Part shown: piece by piece, positions 7,434 through 15,667 of the stretch
Layout of the letters: every line of letters starts with the position of its first letter
Numbering within the stretch: the first letter of the stretch is position 1
Assembly (NCBI GenBank): GCA_002683315.1
Contig: NYTD01000294.1
Span: 1-17,045, forward strand
Length of the DNA stretch: 17,045 nt
Source of the DNA: Deltaproteobacteria bacterium
GTDB lineage: Bacteria > Myxococcota_A > UBA796
Direction: 5' to 3'
The notes under the pieces: generated by a model
Told to the model about the DNA's origin: nothing
The model's input: the letters and a program-made list of their open reading frames with translations, nothing else
Databases searched by the model: none
Position numbers and translations under genes: made by a program

Positions 7434-8918
7434 TTATTGCGATGGGATTTTTTGACAAGGTGTATGCCCTCCAGTTGTGCTAGATTCTTCCCATATCCAG
7501 TATTGGTTTGATGAGGGAGTGATGAAATGGTTTTGCGATATATGTGTATACCAAGAAGACAAAGAAGAATCCCATCTGGGTTCATGTTTCGACGCAATAG
7601 GCATCACAAGGGTGAATCCAGCCTGTCTTAGCTCTGTGCTTAATCGATGAATACATTCTTGATTTTTGGTTCTACAGCAATGTTTAGGCTCTAAGATTAT
7701 TGCTTGGCCTCCATATTGTTGAGCATATGCAAGTATGGAGCGATGTCGTTCATCTCGAAGGGGGATGGTCGCAATTTTTTTGTTTTCTTTCAACTGTGAA
7801 ATAATAGTCCCAGCACCGATAAGACTTATATCTCGAAGCAGTCTTTTGGGAATAGGATCATATTGCTCGAGCCACAATTGCGGTGGTTTCGGGATTGTTG
7901 GTTTTTGAGTTTGCATCCATGTGTGACGATCTTTGCTCCAAACGTATTGATGACTCCACGTGTCTATGAGTAGGAATATGATTCCACAAAGTAGGATAGG
8001 GGTTGAAAAACGAATTTTTCCTAGCTGCACAGCAATAAGTGTGCACAATGGTACACCAAAAACGATCAGATAGCGGGGTCTTAGTTTCATTCCAAGTAGA
8101 CCACATGTAATCGTCATTCCTAAAATGGTCACAATGAGTAGGATGGTATGTTTTTTTTCTTTGGACATACAAAGCCATCCGAAGATTGCAATCAGAAGAA
8201 ATTGGAAAAACTTTCCTTCATTCATTCGATGGATGGAAAGATCATATAGCTGCTGGATACCATTCAGGAGATCAAAATGTGTAATGATTTCAGGATGACT
8301 TCTTTGGGGCCAGAACCAAGCATAGCTCCAAAAAAAAGAGTACCCCAAAAAAGGTGTCATCCATATATTTCTTTTGCTGAGCCATATGGGGATGAGTATC
8401 ATCATAGACAAGAGAGGAAGAGCAAGCTCTTTTGCCCATACCGAAATGGGAAGAAGTGTACATCCAAGCATTGATATGAGAATGCCATATAGCTTTTGTT
8501 GTTGTAGTCCGTAAAAGATACAGCCAAAACCCAATGTTGAAAGACCAATAGAGAAAGGATCATTTCCAAAGAGAAGAGCGAGATAATGAACTGGAGGCCA
8601 TGCCGAGATAAGTAAACCTGCAAAAAGAGCAGATTTTGAAGAGGAAAGAGAATGGGCATATAGGGTTGTACCCAATACGACACAGCCACCCATGAGGAAA
8701 GAGAGTATTTGTATTGTCGTTTCAAGAGGAAAGAGCGCTGTACCCAGTAGATAGATGGATGCTGCAAAATCATTCTTTGGAGTTCCTACACTCGCGAGAT
8801 ATATGCTCCAAGAACCTGCAGCTCCGGGAAGATCACTTCGATCTTGTGCACATATAAAATACCCTTGAACAAGACCAAAAGAGATTAAAGGAAGTATGTG
8901 GGATAGATAAAAGCGCAA
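7434..8918 (-). CDS. Polytopic integral membrane protein of 494 aa, with about 9-11 predicted TM helices and a soluble C-terminal domain of about 150 aa. It may be a GT-C-fold (ArnT/PMT-like) glycosyltransferase or a related lipid-linked sugar transferase.
   Basis: Hydrophobic helices run throughout, for example LISFGLVQGYFI, ILSFLMGGCVVLGTTLY, ILISMLGCTLLPISVW, FLLIAIFGWLCM and ILLCGIIFLLI. The start is TTG (no ATG or GTG is available after the in-frame stop at 8943-8945), so the true start is uncertain. It sits 35 nt upstream of the nfeD-like gene. The GT-C assignment is a guess from topology only. Confidence 0.55.
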   Translation of the reverse strand: MRFYLSHILPLISFGLVQGYFICAQDRSDLPGAAGSWSIYLASVGTPKNDFAASIYLLGTALFPLETTIQILSFLMGGCVVLGTTLYAHSLSSSKSALFAGLLISAWPPVHYLALLFGNDPFSIGLSTLGFGCIFYGLQQQKLYGILISMLGCTLLPISVWAKELALPLLSMMILIPIWLSKRNIWMTPFLGYSFFWSYAWFWPQRSHPEIITHFDLLNGIQQLYDLSIHRMNEGKFFQFLLIAIFGWLCMSKEKKHTILLIVTILGMTITCGLLGMKLRPRYLIVFGVPLCTLIAVQLGKIRFSTPILLCGIIFLLIDTWSHQYVWSKDRHTWMQTQKPTIPKPPQLWLEQYDPIPKRLLRDISLIGAGTIISQLKENKKIATIPLRDERHRSILAYAQQYGGQAIILEPKHCCRTKNQECIHRLSTELRQAGFTLVMPIASKHEPRWDSSLSSWYTHISQNHFITPSSNQYWIWEESSTTGGHTPCQKIPSQ

Positions 8919-8983
8919 AATAGAACCCGATAAGCGTATACCTTATATCATGCATGTGTCTATATCGGTTGATGATGTTTGCT

Positions 8984-10813
8984 CTAATCTGCACATATAA
9001 ACTGATCAAAGATCAATTGGTTGTTGTTTTCACGGCATTCTTCGATCATGTCTTGCTCATCGAGAAAGATAAATATTCCACGTTCCACTTCTTCTTGTGT
9101 AAATGAGTAGGGACCACTCCAGTATACTTCTTGTTCCTCGAGAATGGGTATGACATCGGTCTCAAATGTTCCATCGGGGCTTTGAATATATACGGTGATC
9201 TCTTCTTCAATACTTCGAAGCCCGGTGTTTTCTATGGGGATATAGATGTCGATTATATGTTGTCCACAGTTGTATAGACAAGCAGAGGGAGATCCGATTT
9301 GGATGTCCGGTAAAGACAACCCAACTCTGGTTTCCGAATTTCCTGCTCGAAAATTGTTCCAGTGTAGCCAGCTTGGATAGGGATAGGCGGGAATACTTCC
9401 ATCGTCTTCAATATTGGTGATGGAATATGCGTATTGGTTCCAAATGGTACGTGCGGCTACCCAAGAATTATCATTGCTTCCGATAACACGAAGACCATAA
9501 TCTGAATCTCTACCACCTGGTAAAAGGATTTCAGCTGAGCCATCTTTGTCAATGTCAACGATGGTCGGATATTCAAACCGGGTTCCAGAATCGTGTTCAT
9601 TCCACTCCAGTTCTACTTGACCTGTTGCACCATCCAAAATCCACAATGTTTCCTCATCGGCATATACTACCTCGGCAGCACCATCTCCTTCAAAATCAAA
9701 AACAGAAGAACCAGTCATTCCAGAAGAGGCTTCTTGAATGGGATGTGACCAAAGAAGCGTGCCATCTCCATCCAGAACGATATAGTCTTCCTTTGAAGCG
9801 ACACCAACTTCTGCAGCGCCATCGCCATCGAAATCGGCAATGGTAGGAGGGCCACTTCGCGAGCCATATTCATAGCTCCAGATCAACATTCCTTCATCAC
9901 TGAGAACAGTAATAATTCCATCGGATGTGGATACGATTTCTGGTGACGTGTCTCCATCAAGATCGCCAAGTGCTGGAAATCCAACGATACCTTCAGCTTC
10001 CCATATCAAGGTTCCATCATGAGTAAAGATCGCACCACTACTAATGACTTCTTGTGTACCATCAAGGTTGATATCAGCAGCAAAGGAGCCAAAATATTTG
10101 TTTGCATTTTCGTGATAGTCGGGTCTTTGCCATCGTATGGAACCATCAGCATTGAGAACGGTTCCCCCTAAAATAATTTCAGAAGAACCATCTCCGTTAA
10201 GATCGGCCAAAGATATGATCGAATCTCCTCCACTTCGCGTGTCAAAATCGGCATGCCATACCATATTACCTTGTATGTCAAGGCGCATGACCCCATGTTT
10301 GGTTGCGGCAAAGATATCGGGAAAACCATCTTCATCAACATCTCCGGCAGCGACTCCAGATATGCCCCAAAATGGATGGTTCTCGTCAGATGCGATAAAC
10401 AATGGCTCTTGGGTTTGACCTGATATTGCAATTAGGTGTCCCTCTCCTCGAAACTTATTTCTACGAAACGCAGGGAAAATAATGTCAGGGATATCGGATT
10501 CATCGATTCGACCGTCTCCGTTGTCATCATTTAGGTTGATGGCTATGGGAGGAGATTCTACAACATTGTATTCTTCATCGATGTCATTGTCTTTCCATGT
10601 CCACTCAAGCACGGGAGAAAAAGTTCCTATTTCTGGCTCCGCAGTACAATCCATGTATCGATTGGGCATATAATTATCTTGTCCAGACTCTTGGCACTCT
10701 TCTTTGCCTGTGTCTGGGATGGTACCCGGTTGGACATCTTCATGGACATTTTTTAGCTCGTACTCATTACAGCCCCAAAATAATAATGACAAGCTGAATA
10801 ATTGGATCTTCAT
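8984..10813 (-). CDS. FG-GAP repeat (integrin-alpha-like beta-propeller) lipoprotein of about 609 aa from the revised start. It has an N-terminal lipoprotein signal peptide and a C-terminal beta-rich domain of about 120 aa of unknown type.
   Basis: Repeats of the form FDGDGAAEV, FDFEGDGAAEVVYAD, DIDKDGSAEILLPG, DLNGDGSSEIILGG and DLDGDTSPEIV are diagnostic of FG-GAP/VCBS-type propeller blades. The ORF-track start at 10840 is a TTG nine codons upstream. The ATG at 10813 gives MKIQLFSLSLLFWGC (lipobox L-F-W-G-C) and is preceded by AGGAG 9 nt upstream, so I place the start there. Confidence 0.8.
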   Translation of the reverse strand: MKIQLFSLSLLFWGCNEYELKNVHEDVQPGTIPDTGKEECQESGQDNYMPNRYMDCTAEPEIGTFSPVLEWTWKDNDIDEEYNVVESPPIAINLNDDNGDGRIDESDIPDIIFPAFRRNKFRGEGHLIAISGQTQEPLFIASDENHPFWGISGVAAGDVDEDGFPDIFAATKHGVMRLDIQGNMVWHADFDTRSGGDSIISLADLNGDGSSEIILGGTVLNADGSIRWQRPDYHENANKYFGSFAADINLDGTQEVISSGAIFTHDGTLIWEAEGIVGFPALGDLDGDTSPEIVSTSDGIITVLSDEGMLIWSYEYGSRSGPPTIADFDGDGAAEVGVASKEDYIVLDGDGTLLWSHPIQEASSGMTGSSVFDFEGDGAAEVVYADEETLWILDGATGQVELEWNEHDSGTRFEYPTIVDIDKDGSAEILLPGGRDSDYGLRVIGSNDNSWVAARTIWNQYAYSITNIEDDGSIPAYPYPSWLHWNNFRAGNSETRVGLSLPDIQIGSPSACLYNCGQHIIDIYIPIENTGLRSIEEEITVYIQSPDGTFETDVIPILEEQEVYWSGPYSFTQEEVERGIFIFLDEQDMIEECRENNNQLIFDQFICAD

Positions 10814-10840
10814 GATGATGCTCCTCGATTGAATATTCAA

Positions 10841-11028
10841 ACGATAGCGTCTCTATGCTTTTGTTCTGTGACGATTGTTGTTACAATTATAAATTGGGTT
10901 TTGGGGACTCTTGGGATTGTATTTCTTCAAGAAGTTTTTTATCTTGATGGTTTTTTTTTATATTCATCATTCTTGGTACAATACCATTTTTAAGCCAAAA
11001 TTAAGACGTTTGGGCTATACTCATAGGT
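10841..11028. promoter_or_regulatory. Divergent AT-rich intergenic region of 188 bp, expected to hold the promoters for the FG-GAP operon on the minus strand and the selenoprotein gene on the plus strand. It includes a TATACT -10-like hexamer at 11015-11020, immediately upstream of the selenoprotein ATG.
   Basis: This is the only sizeable non-coding gap between divergently oriented genes. It contains a T9 run at 10941-10949 and a TATACT 9 nt before the ATG at 11029, which would imply a near-leaderless transcript. I saw no clear -35. Confidence 0.25.
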
Positions 11029-12831
11029 ATGAAATTCGCCTTTAGATCCAAGATGATTCTTCTCTGGTTCACCTGTCTTTCGTGTACAGGAGAGGAACAC
11101 TTTTCTTTTTCTGTCAAAGCGGATGTTGTGTCTGAAGAGACACAAGAAGAATCTGAAGAGCCCGTCACATATTCATCGTTACCCAATACCTGCGCACCGA
11201 GTCAAGTAGACTCCGATCCGCTCATAGAAAAGGGGTTCGTCTTTACACAAGACTATGTTTTTGCTGAATTGTTGGATATCGTGTACGAGCCAGAAGAAGA
11301 GGTCATTTGGTCAGTAGGGCAGGGGGGACTCATGGTGTTTGATGTCTCCAATCCAGCGCAACCAGAATTTATGACATCGTATAGTCCTTTGGCATGGCAT
11401 GAACGAGCATACCATCTTGCTTTGGATGGTTCTGAACGGATATTTCTTACCCATCGTAAAAATGGATGGATGTCGTACGATATACGCAATCCACTACAAG
11501 CGAGTGCTGGAGAGTTTATGCCACTCTCGGGAGCGTCTGGCATCGCGTATGAGGAAGATATCGTATATGTGGCAACCCATACTGGTTCGGTCTATTCATA
11601 CGATGTTTCTCTCGCTTTTCCAGAGATGCTTGATGTTGTTTCTGATCTTGGAAATCCATGGCGAATGGTACTAGGCGAAAACTATGTATACGTAGCAGAC
11701 AATACACAAGGTCTTGTTGTCATCAACAGACAATCTCCACAGCAGCTCACGGTTAAGAATCGAGTGTTGGGTAGTGGAGGGTTGCAAGATGTGGTTTTGA
11801 ACGAAGAGATCGCATACGGAGCAGCAGGAGGTCTAGGGATTGATGTTTTTGATGTTTCCAATCCCGAAAGTCCGCAATGGATCGGCAATATCCCAACATC
11901 GTATCCCGCGATTGAGCTGGCCGTGGATAATGATGTTCTGTGGGTAGCCTCCCAGCAAGATGTCATCGCCATTGATATATCAAATCCGTATGATCCTGTT
12001 ATTGTAAATACCGAGAAGACCCGACAATGGGCCATGGCCATCGATGCTGCCGATGGATATGCTTTTGTTGCTGATTGGGGGTATCTGTCCATTCTGGAAT
12101 TGCAGGCTGATGTTTCAGGTAGCGATCTTCATCTTGCATCAAATCAGGTCTATATCGATGAGAATGAATCGATGTTGATTGCACTTCGCAACTTTGGAAC
12201 AAAGCCCATTGAAATCTTTGGAGGAACATCTTCACATCCAGATGTAGGGCTTGAAATCTCTTCTTTGGAGATTGAACCGCACGAAACCCAGTGGCTTTCT
12301 ATTCAGAAAAACACATCACAGGGAAGTCAAATCTGTATTGCTTCGTCAGATCCAGATGCTTCGCAAGAGTATATCAATGTGGTTGGTCCACAAGAACATC
12401 CAATTGGTTCCACAGCTCCGGATTTCAGCTTGACGAGTCTGGATGGGACATTATATCGTCTACAAGAGATGTATGGCTCCTATGTTGTTTTGGTATATTT
12501 TGCCACGTGGTGACCGGTATGTGCATCCGAGGTCTCGGATATTGAACACAGTATTTGGCGGCGATATAAAGATGAAGGAGTCATCGTACTTGGGATCGCG
12601 TCCCAAGAGCCACAGATGGAAATTGAACAGTATGTGGAACATCTTGGGATCACGTTTCCGGTATTGATGGATTCCAATGGCGAGGTGCATTCTCAATATC
12701 AGCAGCAGTCAGCATTTCCATCGGCAGCATATCCACAAGATTGGGTGATTGGTCCAGATTCCACCATTGTCTATCGAAATAACGGATATGAGCTTGATGC
12801 GATTTTGTCTGCAATTGGTAAAGCACAGTAG
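11029..12831 (+). CDS. Selenocysteine-containing lipoprotein of 600 aa with Sec at codon 495 (TGA at 12511-12513). It has an N-terminal lipoprotein signal (MKFAFRSKMILLWFTCLSC), an LVIVD-repeat beta-propeller region, and a C-terminal TlpA/redoxin-type thioredoxin fold with a U-P-V-C active site.
   Basis: The ORF track ends the gene at ...VVLVYFATW* and lists a separate 71-aa ORF at 12616..12831. The frame is continuous through the TGA, with no other stop until TAG at 12829-12831. The read-through sequence PVCASEVSDIEHSIWRRYKDEGVIVLGIASQEP...LGITFPVLMDSNGEVHSQYQ...DWVIGPDSTIVYRNNG matches the redoxin consensus F.ATWC.PC..E.P.L...Y...GV.VLG...D...FPVL.D..G.V...Y.V...P.TF.ID..G.I. The TGA sits exactly where the first Cys of WCxPC belongs, and a SECIS-like hairpin follows 11 nt downstream. 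LVIVD-type repeats include GGLMVFDVSNPAQPE, QGLVVINRQSPQ, GLGIDVFDVSNPESP and DVIAIDISNPYDP. Confidence 0.75.
12525..12540 (+). other. Bacterial SECIS-like stem-loop: a 6-bp stem AUCCGA/UCGGAU with a 4-nt loop GGUC, beginning 11 nt 3' of the in-frame UGA.
   Basis: The sequence after TGA is ccggtatgtgc (11 nt), then ATCCGA GGTC TCGGAT, a perfect hairpin. The apical sequence GAGGUCUC closely resembles the CAGGUCUG apex of the E. coli fdhF SECIS, which carries the conserved G and U loop bases. The 11-nt spacing between UGA and the hairpin base matches the canonical bacterial SECIS geometry. Confidence 0.65.
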
Positions 12832-12833
12832 CA

Positions 12834-15107
12834 TTAGCGAATATAAAAGTCACCACTTGATTGGTGCGCGCTGGGCCATGGGCGATGTTGAAAGACACAC
12901 GATGTTCCAAAAACAGTATTGTTGGTTTTGTAGCCATACTTTCCAATACCCATCCACGTACCGGATACTCCGCCATCCCACGTGTGAAAGTTGAAACCAA
13001 TTCGCGCACGGATATTGGAGCATCCATTGTGTCCTTGTGTTGCATTTATGGTTAGGCTTGCAACCAATGGTTCGCTGTCGATTTGGGTAGGGGTACAATC
13101 TGTAGAGTTTTGTATGACATCGAAGAGGCTTGATCCTGTCCAGCAATGAGAGACATCTCCAATCGCATTATGATAGGTGCTCATGACTTCTGTGAAATCC
13201 GATATTTCCATATAAGCGGGCGAGATATGGTGGTCATCGTGAACGGTGGCGTATCCTCCAGACTGCGTCCAAGAAGAGTCGTCATAATATGGTGCCGATT
13301 TGAGAACGAGCATCCATCCTCCACCGTAGCTGGTCATATCGCAATATGCTTCAAAAGCATTACCATCCATTTGTGGATCGATCCAGTATATGTCACTTGG
13401 TGCACTGGTATTGCTTTCGATAATACTCAAACAGCTTTCCATGGGGACACTTACTTGCGAACCACACAGGAAAAACGAAGCATCTGCATCATCGCAGTCA
13501 GCCCCTCCTATTTGATCGAAGCTGTCATACCCGTCTTGGTCTTGGTCGTAGTCACTTTCTCCATCACAATCACTGTCGATACCATCATACCAAACTTCGG
13601 CAATTCCGGGGTTGACAGTGGAATCTTCATCGTTACAATCAGGGTTTGTCGGATCATTATTACGCCAACCGTCTTGGTCTTGGTCGTAGTCGCTTTCTCC
13701 ATCACAATCACTGTCGATACCATCATACCAAACTTCGGCAATTCCGGGGTTGACGCTATTGTCTTGGTCATTGCAGTCCTCGGCAATCGAGACATATCCT
13801 ATGGGTTGGTTGCACCCCATTTGTGACTCTGTTTCATCTCCGTATCCATCTTCGTCATTATCGAGATACCATGTGGACATATCGATGGCATCTTCTTCGT
13901 CGGTTTGTCCGTCGCAGTCATTATCCAAACCATCACAGATTTCATCTTGTGATACATATACACTTGCGTTGGTATCATCACAGTCATCGGTGTTGGCTAC
14001 GTATGAGGCTGGCTGCATACAGCTCGTCATTGTGAAAAGTGCACTACCGTACCCATCGCCATCATAGTCGATATACCAAGTGGGTGCATCAGAAGCATCA
14101 TTTTCATCGATGGTGCCGTCGCAGTCATTGTCTGCACCATCACATGTTTCATCTGCTCCCCAATAGGTATTGGAATTTGTATCGTCGCAGTCATTGTCAT
14201 TTTGAGAATGTCCTGTGGGTAGAGAACATGCAGCGGTGGGAGAAAGAGGATCTCCAAATCCATCTTCATCTGTATCTGCAAAGAATATTTGGGTACCATA
14301 TGCGCCATCTTCATCGATGTATCCATCGCAATCGTTGTCGATTTCATCGCAGATCTCAATAGAAAATGGATTGGCGTAGGTTTCCAAGTCATCGCAGTCT
14401 CCTGCTTGTGCTACAAAACCTTCGGGTGCAGAGCACGATTCCATTGTATTATCTTCTGTTCCAAATCCATCACTGTCTTTGTCTTCGTAGAAAACGATAC
14501 GTAACCCTTCGTCGATGGTACCAGTACAGTTATTGTCAATGTCATCACAAATCTCTGTGGCCAAAGGATGAATATCGGCATCGGTGTCGTTGCAGTCATC
14601 TGAAAATAGTGAAATCCCCAATCTTAGGGCACATTCTTGAACAGGCTGATTGAGATCACCAAAGCCATCTCCATCCTCGTCGAGATAGAATTCTTGCATT
14701 AGGCCTTCATCGATATCTTCGTTGCAATTGTTGTCGAGGCCATCACAGATCTCTTCTGCACCCGGAAATACTGTATTGTCAGTATCGTTACAGTCCGAGC
14801 CATTGTCAACAAAGCCATCTTGTTCGGAACAACTTTCTACTGTCAGTCCTTCATTGCCAAATCCATCTTCATCTGCATCGGCATAGTAGGTCGTTTTTAC
14901 ATCTTCATCGATGGTTCCATTACAGTTATTGTCCATCCCATCACAAATCTCTGTGGCAGAAGGGGAGATAGAGGCATTGGAGTCATCACAGTCTTCCTCA
15001 GCAAGAAATCCGTCACCATCTTCATCGATGGTGATTTTACCCGTATCTGGGTTGGTTTTTGTCGATTCACCACTGCAGGCGAGTAGATAGAAGAAAGAAA
15101 AGAGCAT
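12834..15107 (-). CDS. Large acidic secreted lipoprotein of 757 aa. It has a lipoprotein signal (MLFSFFYLLACSG), about 8-9 Cys-rich 'putative metal-binding / Myxococcales-type' repeats (D.DGDG...C.....DCDD.....P.A.E.CDG.DN.CDG.IDE), and a C-terminal fibrinogen-related domain (FReD).
   Basis: The repeat is seen as EDCDDSNASISPSATEICDGMDNNCNGTIDED, GSDCNDTDNTVFPGAEEICDGLDNNCNEDIDEG and so on, eight or more times. The C-terminal domain contains YCDMTSYGGGWMLVLKS, matching the hallmark (Y)CDM...GGGWTVIQ motif of fibrinogen C-terminal domains. The ATG is at 15107. The stop TAA at 12834-12836 is only 2 nt from the convergent stop of the selenoprotein gene. Confidence 0.8.
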   Translation of the reverse strand: MLFSFFYLLACSGESTKTNPDTGKITIDEDGDGFLAEEDCDDSNASISPSATEICDGMDNNCNGTIDEDVKTTYYADADEDGFGNEGLTVESCSEQDGFVDNGSDCNDTDNTVFPGAEEICDGLDNNCNEDIDEGLMQEFYLDEDGDGFGDLNQPVQECALRLGISLFSDDCNDTDADIHPLATEICDDIDNNCTGTIDEGLRIVFYEDKDSDGFGTEDNTMESCSAPEGFVAQAGDCDDLETYANPFSIEICDEIDNDCDGYIDEDGAYGTQIFFADTDEDGFGDPLSPTAACSLPTGHSQNDNDCDDTNSNTYWGADETCDGADNDCDGTIDENDASDAPTWYIDYDGDGYGSALFTMTSCMQPASYVANTDDCDDTNASVYVSQDEICDGLDNDCDGQTDEEDAIDMSTWYLDNDEDGYGDETESQMGCNQPIGYVSIAEDCNDQDNSVNPGIAEVWYDGIDSDCDGESDYDQDQDGWRNNDPTNPDCNDEDSTVNPGIAEVWYDGIDSDCDGESDYDQDQDGYDSFDQIGGADCDDADASFFLCGSQVSVPMESCLSIIESNTSAPSDIYWIDPQMDGNAFEAYCDMTSYGGGWMLVLKSAPYYDDSSWTQSGGYATVHDDHHISPAYMEISDFTEVMSTYHNAIGDVSHCWTGSSLFDVIQNSTDCTPTQIDSEPLVASLTINATQGHNGCSNIRARIGFNFHTWDGGVSGTWMGIGKYGYKTNNTVFGTSCVFQHRPWPSAHQSSGDFYIR
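13531..13754. repeat. Recent in-frame tandem duplication with a period of 138 bp (46 codons). Two 86-bp cores at 13531-13616 and 13669-13754 are identical at 85 of 86 positions.
   Basis: The sequence ccgtcttggtcttggtcgtagtc[a/g]ctttctccatcacaatcactgtcgataccatcataccaaacttcggcaattccggggttgac occurs twice. It duplicates the protein segment NPGIAEVWYDGIDSDCDGESDYDQDQDG in the 757-aa lipoprotein. Confidence 0.85.
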
Positions 15108-15124
15108 TGGGATTCCATTTGTAA

Positions 15125-15553
15125 TTATGGTTTGGCGTAGTAGCCTGATAATGAAAATGATATTGCGCAGTAGCTACCGTGATTGGTGATACCAAACGAA
15201 TCAGAAGGCTCAATTGGGATCCCGCTACGATAACTATGAGAGACTTGTGTCGGGCGTAAATAATAATCTCCATAAAAAGTATCAGAGACGAGCATAAATT
15301 CAGCCATATTTCCAGCTCCGGTTTGAATACTCACACGGTTGCTGCACGTGTTGCTTTGGTTTCCATTTCCCGCTATCGTAATCACGACATCAGTGATGAT
15401 CATTCTTTGATCGGATGGAGCAGTGGCAAGTGTAGATGTAGAACTCGCGGATGTTTGTCCCCCAAAAGCAAAGATGGGATTGCTGGTGGTAGAAACAGTG
15501 TTGGTTGGAAATGCGTGTGCTGAAAAAGTGAGCAGATAGCCTAGAAAGGACAT
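15125..15553 (-). CDS. Small secreted protein of 142 aa with unknown function and a signal peptide (MSFLGYLLTFSAHA|FPTNT). It is rich in S, T, G and N.
   Basis: The ATG at 15553 has GGAG 9 nt upstream and a classic AHA-F signal peptidase I site. The gene ends 17 nt before the start of the 757-aa lipoprotein gene on the same strand, suggesting co-transcription. I recognised no motif. Confidence 0.5.
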   Translation of the reverse strand: MSFLGYLLTFSAHAFPTNTVSTTSNPIFAFGGQTSASSTSTLATAPSDQRMIITDVVITIAGNGNQSNTCSNRVSIQTGAGNMAEFMLVSDTFYGDYYLRPTQVSHSYRSGIPIEPSDSFGITNHGSYCAISFSLSGYYAKP

Positions 15554-15667
15554 ATAATCTCCGAAGTGGTCTCATGAATTGAACATATTATATCATGAGT
15601 TATCTCAATCGTTTACAGGATTATAGATGACAGAACCATAGAAGTTGTGCGAAAATAATGAGCGTTG

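Noticed and set aside
12616-12831. Stand-alone 71-aa ORF (MEIEQYVEHLGITFPVL...) in the track
   Set aside because: It is the C-terminal half of the redoxin fold. The frame is open all the way back through the TGA at 12511, and the conserved redoxin sequence begins immediately after that TGA. A stand-alone fragment would lack the active site. I treat it as part of the Sec read-through gene.
13146-13826. 226-aa plus-strand ORF and other ORFs of 60-130 aa (13508..13795, 13750..14067, 14027..14392, 14039..14362) overlapping the 757-aa gene
   Set aside because: They are alternate-frame or antisense readings of the highly repetitive, Asp-codon-rich repeat gene, and their internal repetition mirrors the 138-bp duplication. 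They have no start context and no motifs.
15573-15603. 7-bp inverted repeat (CTCATGA ... TCATGAG) with a 15-nt loop in the 114-bp gap downstream of the FG-GAP gene, possibly a terminator
   Set aside because: On the transcribed (minus) strand it is not followed by a U-tract, and it sits right at the SD of the next gene. It is more likely an incidental or weak structure, and I did not call it as a terminator.
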